From contig SMSO01000031.1 in NCBI GenBank assembly GCA_004764695.1, forward strand, positions 4,378,436 through 4,442,435: 64,000 bases of DNA. Direction: 5' to 3'. The position numbers and the translations under genes are program-made. This document shows, in pieces, positions 47,490 to 60,324 of this stretch; positions within the stretch are counted from its first letter, which is position 1, and the number at the start of each line of letters is the position of its first letter. Under the pieces are notes generated by a model. That model made no database searches. It saw nothing but the letters and a program-made list of their open reading frames with translations, and had not been told where the DNA came from. The stretch comes from Schizochytrium sp. TIO01. Taxonomy: Eukaryota; Protista; Bigyra: Labyrinthulomycetes.

Positions 47490-50400
47490 ACTTGGTCATT
47501 TGTTCTGCATCATCTCAGTACCATTCACATATAAACCTCACACACAAGATTATCCCGCCGATGCAGTGAGCTCGCACTCACTTGTATCTCTCTGTAACGA
47601 TCGGACCTGAAACATTGTTCTGTCTCATGTCATGTACTCTAAAAGAGCTCATTCCGCGCCGCAGCCACTCTTTGCAAACAAACCCCTCATGAGGGTTTTT
47701 ATCATATTATCTCGCTATTCGCGCGACGCCCAACCATCACACAAAGTCCTCTCTCAAGGCCCGACTTCTTTGCTGTATTGTATCCCATATGATCCATCAT
47801 GATGTACTTTCACGAAAATCAAATCCTCTGCTCTCTGTTTTCATTGTTCTTTTGTCTTTTTGTTGGAGGTGGGTTACAGTTGCATGGCACCGCACCTGGT
47901 GTCAATATATACAAAGCCCATGCAACCCTTCCTTTCATTATAAACATTATACACACAACACACGAACATGTACAAACACCCTCACGCCTTCAATATCAAG
48001 AGCAATATGAGCCAGCAGGAGTCCAGCTAAGTCGGGTCTCCATTCCTTTGTAGTCAATCTTATGTCACTAATACTCATATATATATAGAGCTCTTTTGTC
48101 ATAGTTTCTTTATCTTCAAATTTAAATTCGTCTGTCTCTCTTTAATGTATCCCTTTTTTATTTTAGTTCAACCATAAGACCCTTCGTCCACCTGAATTCA
48201 TTGTATTCTCCAAGGCACACCAAGCTACCTGACGTTGCTGTTTATGAGGCAAGAGTTCTTCTGTCTATCGCCTGAGAGAAATTAGAAGTGCTGTGTGATG
48301 CCATGTATTCTATGAGCAAAGAAATGTCTTTCCTATTTTCAGATCATTTGGACAAAGACTCCTTGTAATCCCTCAAGTGAGTGACGCTGCAGATTGACAT
48401 ACTAATTTCAAGTACCATTTTCGAGTGGATTCATTTTTTTTAAAGACTTCGACTAAGCAGCGTTTAAGGGAAGGTCCTGCTTATTATGGCAAATACTAGA
48501 ATGCGTACTTGGGTCTAAAGTTGTCCCAAAGGACCCGTCGGTTGATGCTCGAGTGCTGTACTTTAGCACCACACTTCACTCCCTTACTCCGTGCAGAGCA
48601 GCTTTTCTCCCTTATCAAAAGAATGGGTACAGTAAGATCAATATTATCAGACAAAGGTAAACGTATCTAAACTATCATAACGACTCTGCCATTTTCACCC
48701 CCGATAATTATCTCAACTAAATTGCAGTTGATCAATTTAATTCACTTTTCCACCAGAAGCTCATGAGTTTCCACACGCCACGTTGCTTCCCACTTTTGAT
48801 CCATGAAATACCATTATAGTCATAATAGTGAGACTCAACATATCGTTGTACAACTCAAGTTGGAAAACGCTATGCAGCTATTACTGCAAAGTGTATGTAT
48901 CTGTAGGAGTACTTGGGCGAGTCCAGGAATAGTTACTATAGCCTAGCAAATCAACTCCCCCCCACTGCCAGTCACACTACTTCTTAATTGCAGCTGCCCC
49001 TACCAGTACCCTGAAAGCTTTGACACACCTGCTGCCGACAGAAACCCACGTCTCAATTAACTCTCAACTAAGCTCAACTCTCCACCTCGGTTCTATGTAC
49101 CCCTACCTAAAACCAAAGTCTCCGACGCGCGTGTGTCCTGAGTTCCGCTTAACGGACGTTTCATGGATAGATAACCTCAAGGTCACAACAAGCTTAGAGT
49201 GCTCCCAACAGCCAACTGGTGCCTTTGCAGTTTGCTGTTTTATAAGCTTCTATAGCTACAACCTCAACCTCCCTTCGCAACCTGCTCTGCTTCCGTAGTA
49301 CCTTGCTTGTCCTTGCTTTTAACGGACTACACTGTTTTGAGGCAACAGTCAAGAATTGCTCCAGTCTATGTTTCTAAAGCTGGACTGATGCCTTTTGGAT
49401 ATGGACTAGCAGCCCATTAAGGTTTACACTAGTGGTGTGGTAGGCCTTTACATTCTAACACTACCGGCGGTTGCTGCTTCCCTCGTTGCTGCTGCAAGTG
49501 GATTTTACTACTTTTTAATAGCCCTGTTGCTTTATCAAAAACTGATAGAAAGTTAAACGCAGGTAAATGATAAATATGTTGAAGGTGGATCATTTATGTT
49601 TTGCTTTAATTTAAATCTAGCATATTATTAAAGAAATCTAACAAAGAGGTGCTTGTGATTGACATGTAACCTCCTTCGACGTCCTCCGCGCTTTGATTCA
49701 CCCAAACTTTTACCACATTTTTCAGGATTAAAAAAGTAAAGGAAATAGAGAAAGGGCGGTTGGTAAGACCTCTAACACCTTCTGAACCTTTGACAAGGCA
49801 ATAAGGATTAGAGTTGGGAAGAAACTAACGCGAGAAAGATCCGCTTTCTTCCCAAGACGTCGTCACCAAGGTTGACTAACTTTAAACTCATGCTGCCCGC
49901 GGACCTCTCAATTTTTATTCATTATTGAGAAAACCTCTATGTGGTAAAATGTAACCTGTGCAAGATTTGTTTATTTTCTTTCAAAGTAACTGAGAAAACA
50001 CACTATGGTACTAAACAAATACATTACCGGCATCGGAGTGCTTGCCTGTTACAAAATCCAGATAAAGCACATTTTTCTCTTCCTATTTCTTTCCCCTTCT
50101 TTTGTCTAAAAGATTTCTCATTCTTTAAAGTGTTGTTGATTCTCTGCTTCAGAAGTTGGAACTGATCATCACATTCATCTTGTGTTGCTGAACGATCGCC
50201 ACAAGGGGATGAAGCATATTTTCCTAAGTAAATTAGGTAGTTCGTGACAAACTTTGGTATACAGATCAACTGCCCTGTACTTTTTGGTTGTTATCCTCCT
50301 TACGTTTGTGTTGGCAATTGCCAGGGCAAATTGAGAAAATATTGACCCTTATTTGTATGAAGTCTCTGTAGTTGCTTCACAGCACCATGATACAAGTATG

Positions 50401-51212
50401 CAAAAGAAATAGTACATCTAAGGAAATGCCAATCAATATAATGTTTCATCGTAGTACGGAAATTCCATATACTACGCAAAACATATTTTTGTGGTGTTTC
50501 ATAGCTAACTTCACTCTGCCCACAAAGAACAAATTGAGCTTTTCAATCAGTTGAAATTTCGGGGTAATGTAATTGATTATGTTTCAGAGTGGAGATGAAT
50601 TGTTTTTTGCCATTTGTAATTGGCTTAAGTAGCAAGTACAAAGATTGAATCAGTTTCGTTATAAAGCAATGTTGGTGTATATAACGACAGCTGGCTAAAG
50701 CAATGTTTAACTTCGTGAAAATTGTAACACGTACCTGTTGCGATCCATCTCCTTTAGGTACTGCAATGATGAGAATAAGTTGATGTGTTGATATAATACT
50801 CGTCACCGGAGGCAAGTATCATTTCAATTTATTTATCAAAGCTGCAGAAGAGCGCTGTCACGCCCATCATTGACAAGACATTGCTTGGGTTATACGCATT
50901 TCTTTGTAAGACCTCAGGAATGTAGAATTACAATAGAATAGAACTAACAACCAGACTTGCGTGTTTGGGAAATTAAGAAACAAAAATGTTCATACACATT
51001 CTCTAGAAGCAATAGTCGAGTCTGAATTGATAGTTAAAGAGATGAGTTAAGCTCGCCTCGTAAATTGCGTCTAACATAGCTCAAGTATTTTTTAGTAATC
51101 TTCTAATTACAACGATAACTAGTCTGTCTTGGTATCTGCAGATCTCTAACGCTTAAAAGCTATAGATCTCATGTCTTCGCAAGCCCCATTTTATCCTTTC
51201 ATCATCGAGCAT

Positions 51213-52613
51213 CTTGCCTTCATCTTCATAGCAACCTCTAGGTGACCATATTCATCTTTCAGAAGAAAGTTTGAACGCAAGACTGTGCACTGACTTGAAA
51301 AATGAGACGCAAAAACGTTGATATAAAATACAGGATAGTGCCGTTTCCTTTCAGGTATTTGTCCACCCTAAAATTGATCAGCAATACGTCTTATGGCTGT
51401 TTGAATTCTTTATTTCAGCTTGATCGTTATGATACCTTGAAACTAAATCGTCTCAAATGTTGTGTTAAAGTTCGATCTTGATATTTGAAGGAATGACTAG
51501 CCATTAGTTAGGTTGCATCAACACAGCATCATTTATGCAAGCCACCTCATACTTCGATTAAGCAAGAACTCCAAGATTGGAAAGTTACGAATTGAGCATA
51601 CTATATTTACTTTTCCTTCGAAGCGACATACATCCCTATAAAATATGATGAGGATGTTTAGCTACCCATGCTTGTCAAGCCCAGACGTTTGATATTGAGG
51701 TCACTAGTTGTTAAGAACGGGGAAATCGAATTGTGATTCAAGAGCAATTGTTGATCCTTAAAGGTGAGGGCTGTCGGATCATGTTAGATAGTCAATATAA
51801 CATTGCAGAGATTGCCACTCGAATGATTACGTAACCAAGACATAGCTAGTATCATAATTATACCTCTTTAAGTCTAAGATATCAAGGTATGTTTCAAACT
51901 GGGACGAAAACAACCAAATTCAGGGCCGGGGAGCTAAGAAATTTGAGACTACAAATTCACAGAAATCACAAATTAGAAATTGAATCAAATATGCCTGCTC
52001 AAACTGCTGGGAGGATAAATGCTTTTGCTGAGATCTCCAATCGAAGGAACCAGTGGACAAGACATTGCTAGAGTTCTTGGTGTCCCTTTGTAAAACCCCA
52101 TTAGACATAAGGTTTACAATAGAACAAGAATAGGCAGTCAGACTCGCGTGACTGCTGAAGCCAAGAACTAGAGGTGTGAATACACATTACCCACACCCAA
52201 GCTTATTTTAGCTTGAACCGATGGTTGGAGAAGTTGGATTAACCTAACCCCATCGATTATCTCTAACCGCATTCAAGAATGTCTTAATCTCCCTAACTAC
52301 TACATTAACCCATCTGTCCTGGAATTCATTCCCCAGGACAGCAGTTCGCTAGCTCGTAAATCAACCTTCTTAAAGCCTTCATCAAGCCTCTTGCCTTCAT
52401 CTTCTCAGTCAACCTCAAGCTAATCAGAATCACCTTTCAGCAATTTTAACTTCGCCAATGAAACTTTGATGAATGAATCCTTCTAGATTAAGATGCATTC
52501 CTTCGTCATGCAGATCATAAATTCTAAATGCGCGAATTTATACAGACTGAGGTAGCTGCTGTCCCTCAGCATCTTGTCAGTCAACCTCGAGCTGACTAGA
52601 CCTCACCTCTCAG
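51213..52613. repeat. Three diverged copies of a ~50-bp local repeat (51213-51262, 52390-52440, 52570-52613)
   Basis: Shared core CATCTT...CAACCTC...TCA.CT.TCAG, recognised by eye. Confidence 0.7.
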
Positions 52614-55600
52614 CATTTTCCAAGCCGTAATGAATCTTTACTCCTCATATATTATGCTAGTCAATTCTTAGTTGATCAGTTTTCAACTTTCAGCATATAC
52701 GCGTTGGCAGGAACTACTGATATCCGAATTCCGAATTTACCTGCTGTGCATACTAGCACGCCAAATATTTGTTCGTAAGACAGATCGTGTCAAGCTTAGC
52801 CCAGTTCACGAAGTATGCATCAATCTATCTTGAAATTGTCAAAGTCAGATTGCGATTGATGGGACGATGAAGAGCTGGCGATTTCAGGCAATTTTAAGTG
52901 TTGGTTTATTGAGTAGTGATCACCTGACGAGATTGAGATAAATTCAAAAAAGCAGAGTCCGAGGCTCTTGGATATGAGACAGACTAGAAGAGAAAAGACG
53001 AAAACCTGGGATTATGAATTAGCCACTTGCAGACTTTGGAACTGGATTCCATATGAGAATTTGACCTTGAATGACTTACGAGTGCGTAATATTGTCCGTC
53101 CTCGGGCACAGTTTCAGACAATAGTCATGGTATTAAGACTCTAACAATCATCGAGTTTGTATACAAAAGTGTTGAACACACTCTCTTAAACTCTACAGTA
53201 ATTAAAACCAGGGCATACTTCCGTTGTTTGAGCACGCCTTGATATTCTTGGGCTGGCAGGAGAATACTAAAGACTTTTTCGACATTTCCTACTCATGTTG
53301 CTTTAACTGTTAGTGATATATTTTTATCTCTATGGAAACTATCTGCCAGCAGCAATTGTTATTTGACTGCTCGTGTTCGACTGAACTATCCAAGAAACAT
53401 ACGCAGCACCTCTTGAGTAAAGACGCTGCAAATACACACTATGGGGCCCATCTTCCACAGTTCGGGCAACTAGATACTATTCCACTTTACCTTAAAATAT
53501 GGAAGGGAGTTGCCTTCATTCTGTTTTTGTAGGTTAACTGCAACAGAAAAGCATAGGTGCCTTTGTTTGCACAGCTTCAGAGTTTAGGACCAACTTAATG
53601 CACTTGACTATCAGGCTTATGCTTCTTTCGGTTTCTTTGGAGAGCAACACTTCTATGATTAAAAAGCTGGCAGTACCTATTTTCGATGATATATATATAT
53701 ATCGAGCTGATATATATATATATCGAGCAAAGGGTTGAAAGAACTTCATGCAGATCGTTGGTTTACAAGCATTGTGATTAAACGACAAGTGATTGCGTCC
53801 TGTAATCTTATCCCTAAAGTAAGTATGATAACGTAAATGTTTGAGGGTTTACGAATGACACAAATATCAATAGGTAAACGATAGTCACACATGTAGCAAT
53901 GTATGAGTGTGTAGACGGATACCACTTCACATTTTTCACTTCTGCAAGATGAAGTTGAAGGTTTCTCTGACTGCAAATAACCCTGAAGCAACTTGTTAGA
54001 GCTTGCAGCACTCTGCCTTGCGATGCAGTCTCATCAAGCAAGAGATAATAACATAAGCGTGTGCAACATTATAGAAATATTAAGTCCTTTTTCACGTGAA
54101 TCCTCCACTTATAATAACATGGCTTAACACACCTAAGATCAAATGTGCAATTTACCTCTGCGATACATGCCGAAGTACTTATTGAAACATAAAACATATA
54201 TGCGGACGCGATTTGATATACGGGCAGAATGGCTGACTTATAATTGGTTGAAGTTTAAGCAACTATTTAATCAGAATACTCGACACACAACACAAAGTCG
54301 GATTTGTTGAAAAGGTATATTTCATTCGGTGGATGGGTTTGCAGTTCCCTCGAAGAGACTCGCACGAGTTCACGGCGATGATGTTCAACATGATACTGTC
54401 TATGAAGTCATAATGATATAGTCCAACAAACTAGAAGTATCACTCAATTCAATGGTTCTCAAAGTGTACAGTGAAAGAATAGTGGGTGTGCGGCACGGTC
54501 AGCATGAACGAAAACAAGTGTGAGGAATATGATCGAGGTGTCCCGGTATTTATTGTGTTACCCGCCTCGCAATGTACTTTCCCTTGATTGTGAACACCAA
54601 CCAAACTCCAGTTACAAAGTAACACCTAAATACCATTCATCTTAAGATCGTACGACTGGGAAATATATCGTTTGACAATGCCAACCTATATCATTAATTA
54701 TCTCATTGAATATAGAATTTTGTTTACTGCCAATACTAGACAATAGCGCGTTGCGCAGGTTGTGGAGATTTTTTGGGGCAGCCTCACTCACGTTGTCTTT
54801 TGAAATTAGTATGCCTGTCAAACGTGCACGCTCGGCAATAGCGCGAAATTCAATGCGCAAAACCTTAGTATATCAGTCTCCGTTAATGACGCAAACCCTG
54901 ATGAACCCAAAATTCTCTACATGCTTGAGCTTTATTGATGTATAGAAATGAAGGCTTAGCATGTTGTAAATGTTTGGGACCCAAATTTTCCGTCCTTCAA
55001 CATGTAAGAAAGAACCGTTCTTCCTGCTAAATTTGGGCATTTACCAGTTCGTTGATATATTCCACAACAACGAAATCACCCACGTTGCATCCGCACGCCA
55101 ACCAAGCAACTGCGTTTACCCTTCCTTTCATGTACGTATCATACACCGACAGCAATCTACCTCGCGTTGCAGCCCTGGCGCGCGATCTTGAATTTCCATT
55201 CTAGCACCGCGCGCGCCTTAGTCAGCGTTGAACTACGTCGAAATGAGCCCTTAGAGTTATATATAGTCAGGTCATACTGGCCATGCGCCTGGAACAGATT
55301 TTTGTATTTTTTAAATTAAATTAAATGTTTTCATCCATAGTAGGTAGTAGTACCTGGAGCATTTTGTTAATGAAAAGTGCTGTTAATACGGTGGTATAGT
55401 TTCCACTAGTTATACATTAGAGAAGCAAGTAAAGTATGTTACTTAATGATAACGATAAGAAGAATCGTGGATAAGGGTGCTTGCGTTTTTGGGATCCTTC
55501 TGAATAGAGAAATAAATCAATCAAAAAAGCGCTTCGATTGAGCGAGCGAAAGGACGCGCGTGCGAAACTATCAAAGGTGCGTACTAGCTTCTGGGAAGCC

Positions 55601-55693
55601 CTCTTTGCCTTGAAAACTTTCTTTCTCGGTTGCCGAGTTTTGGTTTAGGACAGAAGGCTTCGTCGAAGTAGTAGTCCACAACAGACCCAAATC

Positions 55694-57256
55694 ATGAGCT
55701 CGGGCGACCCCAGCGGCTCAAACTATAAGGGAATTGCTCTTGCAACAGCCACCATGCTTGGAGCTGCCACCCACCTTCTCCGTAGTAGGCTCTCCAAACG
55801 CCACCTGAAGAAAGAGTCTGACTCAGGTTCTTCAAATGGATCTGAAAACGTTATGAGCGTTGAGGGTCAGCTTGCTCAACTTTATGAAGAGATCCCGAAC
55901 ATTCCTGAGACCGAAGATTTCTTGGGCCTCGAACTTGACGAAAACCGCTACTTAGATCTCCTCAGCCGTCTTATTGACGAAAGCGAGCATGTGCAGAACT
56001 TTCCTCCCGAGCTCGTGCCCAAGGAAGATCTCGTTGTGCAGCATGTGCTCGAAGTTCTGGAGCCATACACCACTGAGAATGGTGGTCCTTTAGAAGTCGA
56101 GGCCGTATCCTTCACCGAAGGTCGCAGCAACGTCATCATTCGCTACCCAAGCAAGAACGAATCTGATCCTACTATTGGTCTTATTGGTTCTCACATGGAT
56201 GTCGTCCCTGCTGTAAAGGAGAACTGGAAAAGAGATCCTTTCCACTTGACTGTGGAGGGAGACAAACTCTATGGTCGTGGAACCACAGATTGCCTTGGCC
56301 ACGTTGCTCTCCTTACCCTCTTTTTTGAGGCCCTTGCCAAGCAAAGACCGGAGACCAGTGCACATGTTCTTGCGGTCTTCATCTGCAGTGAAGAGGCCAC
56401 GGACAAGCCTGGTGTTGGTGTCGATGGGCTCCAAGCCAAGGGTTACCTCGATAACCTTCGCAATGGAACTTGCCTTTGGATCGATGCCAGCGACTCAGAG
56501 CCTTGCATTGGTACTGCTGGAGCACTCCAGTGGCACCTCAAGGCTACCGGCAAGCGCTTCCACTCTGGATTCCCAAACCTTGCCATCAACCCTATCGAAA
56601 TGCTTGTCGAAGCATCGCGTCTGTTGCAAGATAAGTTTTACGAAAAGTACGCCCCACACCCGGACGAAGCTCGATACAACTTCCTCAACCCATCCACCAT
56701 TAAGCCCACGCAGATTTCCTCTGCAAAAGGAGGTCTTAACCAGATCCCGCCCACTGCAACCTTCTCGGGCGATATCCGACTCACTCCGTTTTACAGCTGC
56801 CAGGATGTTATTGACACCATGAACCAGTGGGTGGAGGAGCTAAACGAGACTCGCTTTAAGGAACTTGGCACTCGTGGACCGGTCTCCAAGTATGAGCTCC
56901 CTGCGGAAGACCTCATTGGTAAAATTGAGCTGGAGTGGGCACACGACGACGACGAACCGCTCATGGAAGGCATTGCTTGTGATATTAACTCGCCTGGATT
57001 CCTTGCTATTTGCGATTCGATCAAGTCTGTTCGGGGCTCTGTCAAGCCTTACTCCATCTGTGGTTCCCTCCCGCTCGTTCGTTCTATGCAGCGTGCTGGT
57101 TTTGATCTTCAGATCACTGGGTTTGGCCGTTCTGACGCCTACCACGCTGAGAATGAATATTGCCAGCTCTCTGACATGGTCAATGCCTTTAAGATCCTTT
57201 CTGGCTATGTTTCCAAGCTCCAGGCATATTACAAGGAGCAGCAGGAGCAGCAGTAA
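55694..57256 (+). CDS. argE: Acetylornithine deacetylase (M20 metallopeptidase family, plant/Dictyostelium NAOD type)
   Basis: M20 motifs GSHMDVVPA, LYGRGTTDCLGH, SEE, WID, GKRFHSG, GSLPLVR and YHAENEY. Confidence 0.9.
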   Translation: MSSGDPSGSNYKGIALATATMLGAATHLLRSRLSKRHLKKESDSGSSNGSENVMSVEGQLAQLYEEIPNIPETEDFLGLELDENRYLDLLSRLIDESEHVQNFPPELVPKEDLVVQHVLEVLEPYTTENGGPLEVEAVSFTEGRSNVIIRYPSKNESDPTIGLIGSHMDVVPAVKENWKRDPFHLTVEGDKLYGRGTTDCLGHVALLTLFFEALAKQRPETSAHVLAVFICSEEATDKPGVGVDGLQAKGYLDNLRNGTCLWIDASDSEPCIGTAGALQWHLKATGKRFHSGFPNLAINPIEMLVEASRLLQDKFYEKYAPHPDEARYNFLNPSTIKPTQISSAKGGLNQIPPTATFSGDIRLTPFYSCQDVIDTMNQWVEELNETRFKELGTRGPVSKYELPAEDLIGKIELEWAHDDDEPLMEGIACDINSPGFLAICDSIKSVRGSVKPYSICGSLPLVRSMQRAGFDLQITGFGRSDAYHAENEYCQLSDMVNAFKILSGYVSKLQAYYKEQQEQQ

Positions 57257-57723
57257 GTACATATATATTAACTCATATAAGTCAAGGGGAAAACAAGAAA
57301 ACCTATACACGGTGCGAACATGCACAAGGTGCCATGGCATGTTTACTCCCATGAATTCTGGATCCAATGCCCTGTTTTTTCATATCTCAGATAGTTTTAA
57401 AAGCAAGCAATCTATTTTTGAGTCTTATTGCACATCAGAAGAAACCTTCCTACTCTCCAAATTATCGTCTCGCTATGTTGATCAAGAATACGCACATTCA
57501 AAATTAACAAAACAACATATTCTGAAAATTATACTATACTAAAAATGAACGCAGGGTACAGGTATACACAATGCAATAGTAATCATAGCCTCTGGCCGCT
57601 TATATCTGTAGTCTTTCTGGTCGGATTTCCGCGAAGTATCGAAAATTAATTATCATGGGCGACGAGTACTCTGAAAAGCAATATGATACAAGCTATAATT
57701 GCATAAAAAACGGTTCCTGGCGC

Positions 57724-58563
57724 TTAGGCCTTGGACTGCTCCGAGTTCTTTTGGTCCTCAATAGAAACTGTGGACAAGCTTTCTGCTAAGCCGCAGATGC
57801 TACGGTCAGGATGCAGGCCTTGCGAAATACCCTTGTTAATTCGTTCCTCGCGACGTTTCATGAAAGCATCGAATCCTGGGGTTTCGCGAAGCGTGATGAG
57901 TGTGATCGGGCATCCCTCAAGGTGTACACGATTAACAACGGTATTTGTGAATAATTCACTTGGAATGCTGGTCAGTTTATTGTTGCGAGCTTTGAGACAA
58001 GCTAGTTTAGACATTTCCCCTACAGCAGGTGGTAGTGCCTCAACCTGGTTGTTGTCAATGTCAAGTTCCTCCATAGCATGAAGCGCTTCAAAGCCAAACG
58101 AGTCTCCAAAGCTTGTGATTAAGTTGTTGGAGAGGTTTGCAGAAGCCACGCAAGGCGGCAAAGCCAGCCTTGGGTGGCCGACCTCGCCCTCAAACTTGTT
58201 AAAAGACAGATCCAGCTGCTTCAGCTTGGATCGCGGGAGTACAGCAGCTACAGTGTGAAGAGAATTATGATCTGCAATAAGCGTACGTAATTCCGTAAGA
58301 TGTATCAGCTCCATGGGTAACTCCTGCAGCGCATTGCATGACAGACGAAGAGTTTGCAATTTTGCCAGGACGCCAATTTGCGAAGTCAGTTCCTCGATGC
58401 CATTCCCACTAAGGTCCAAGCTTCGCAACCTCGGTCCCAGCAACCACACTTCCGCAGGAACACGCGTGAGTTTGCTCTGCGCCAGCACCAGCCTGCCAGT
58501 TTTCCCGCCTTGGTCGATAGAGTTTTCCAAGGTTTGTTTACCCGTCGAAGACGTTGTGCCCAT
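57724..58563 (-). CDS. Leucine-rich repeat protein, LRRC57-like
   Basis: Tandem LxxLxLxxNxL repeats (LRSLDLSGNGI, LQTLRLSCNAL, LKQLDLSFNKF). The N-terminus MG...KTG (possible myristoylation) and C-terminal LRETPGFDAFMKR resemble LRRC57. Confidence 0.85.
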   Translation of the reverse strand: MGTTSSTGKQTLENSIDQGGKTGRLVLAQSKLTRVPAEVWLLGPRLRSLDLSGNGIEELTSQIGVLAKLQTLRLSCNALQELPMELIHLTELRTLIADHNSLHTVAAVLPRSKLKQLDLSFNKFEGEVGHPRLALPPCVASANLSNNLITSFGDSFGFEALHAMEELDIDNNQVEALPPAVGEMSKLACLKARNNKLTSIPSELFTNTVVNRVHLEGCPITLITLRETPGFDAFMKRREERINKGISQGLHPDRSICGLAESLSTVSIEDQKNSEQSKA

Positions 58564-59105
58564 CCTGACTCAGACGCGCTTTCACAGAAACGGTGGGTGG
58601 GTGGTGTCACTGCCTGCCTCTCCAATCCTGCAAATGCAAAGCCCACACTCCCGAGGCAGCGGGTGACGTTTTTCCCCGGCCCAGAGCCTAGCTAGCCTAG
58701 CCTTTTGAGACCTCAGAAGCGCTTTCGTGAGCGGATCTACGCAGGAATATCAGTCAGTTTCTATTGGCTGCCTAGCTCTAGAGCTAGCTGGCTCACTAGC
58801 AAGCTCTAGAGCAAGATAAGTAGGTACTTTGTTTGACTTACTTACTTGAAGACGACAAGCTACGTTGGTAGCGCATTCTTCCCTTCTCCCAGCGCGGGTT
58901 GCTTAGCCTCTGGCTAGCCGAAACGTTACGTCCGCTGCTGGATTGCACCATCTTTCCTCTGATTCCCGCCATGATGATCTCATCGCTTCGCCATCATTTC
59001 TGCAATGGATCTCGATCGCAATCTGTTCACGGGAGCTTCCACGCCTCGCTTCAATGATCCTCTGCACCGCGATCTGGCACCACGCTTCATCACAGAGTAT
59101 GCAGC

Positions 59106-59455
59106 AGGTAGGTAGGTAGGTAGGTGCGTGCTGCTTACTTTGTGCCATGTTATGTGATGGAATGCAATGCAATGCAATGCAATACAATACAATGCAATGC
59201 AATGGAATACAATGCAATGGAATGCAATGCGATGCAATGGAATGCAATGGAATGCACTGCATCAGAAAACGCAGCTTAATTGCTCTGCGGATGTTTTTGT
59301 ATTCTATAACGTGTCGTAGAACTGCCTTAGTTTCAGTCTCCCAATTCTTTGTTTGTTTCTGTTTGTTTGTCTGTTTGTTTGTTTGTTTATTTGTTTTGTT
59401 TATTTGTTTGTTTATTTTTATTTCTTTCTCATTCTCATTCTCATTCTCATTCTCA
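59106..59455. repeat. Compound microsatellite block (GGTA)n, (AATGC/AATGG/AATAC)n, (GTTT)n, (TCTCAT)n in the divergent LRR/BCKDHA intergenic region
   Basis: Direct reading; explains ORFs 58903..59553 and 59147..59638. Confidence 0.93.
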
Positions 59456-60324
59456 GTTTGTTTAGCCATCGCTGTTATTATTACTGCAGTTAGTATGCGC
59501 AACCCATTTTCATTCTGTATCGGAAGTCCTAAGAGTCGCGATTTGACGCCCAACCCGCGCCTGTGCCGTCGTGGCGCCTGGGTCGCTCAGGCAGAAAGAA
59601 GCTCGTGGGCGGAAGCTGCAGGCGCGGCCTGCTTCTAGCCTGGGGCGCCTCTTCGTGGGTGGCCGAGCCGCGAGGCTCCTGAGATACCCGTCACAAACCC
59701 ATCTCCACCTGCATCAATACTTGTGCCCCGGCAACACAAAAACCTCTTCGCGGGGAGACAAAAATGTGATGGCGGCGACTTTAACAGGGGGGGGCTGTCT
59801 AAGAAGGAGAGGGAGTTTTGTGAAGGGAGGGGCTAGCGCGGGATAGCGGACTCCTAGGGCGAGTTCCAGGGCTGACTTGGACAATAACATTCGTCCCATC
59901 GATCTACTGTTTTTGATGCCCAGGCTTTGTGACCCGAGCCAAATCGTGATCGAGGCAAGAGTCTGCACCAGCAAAACCGCAGACCCAGAGAGAGACTTGA
60001 AGGACCGAGTCGCGGAGATCCCTGCACGAACGACGGGGGCCGTGTCTGGACAGATCAGGCGAAGCTGCTGGCACAAACAGACGTGGACTGGGTCGCGAGG
60101 ACAAACAAAGCGCGAACTCGTTCGCTCTTGGAGTCTTTAGCTTCTTGTGCTGCTACTAGCGTTGCGGGTGGCTCGAGGCCAATCGTACCTTTGTCCACTT
60201 CAGTTCCCCTCCTTTGGATTCTTGCGCTAGTGTTGTGAGTGGCTTGATCTCCATTCGCTTCGACAGAGAAGCAAATTGTTTTGTTTGAGTAAATTTCTTT
60301 GCAAAGGCCGTTGATTTATATAAA

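Noticed and set aside
56271-57542. Alternative-frame and antisense ORFs over argE (183, 175 and 225 aa)
   Set aside because: They overlap a well-supported CDS and have no recognisable motifs.
58903-59638. 216-aa and 163-aa ORFs between the LRR gene and BCKDHA
   Set aside because: Built from translated microsatellites.
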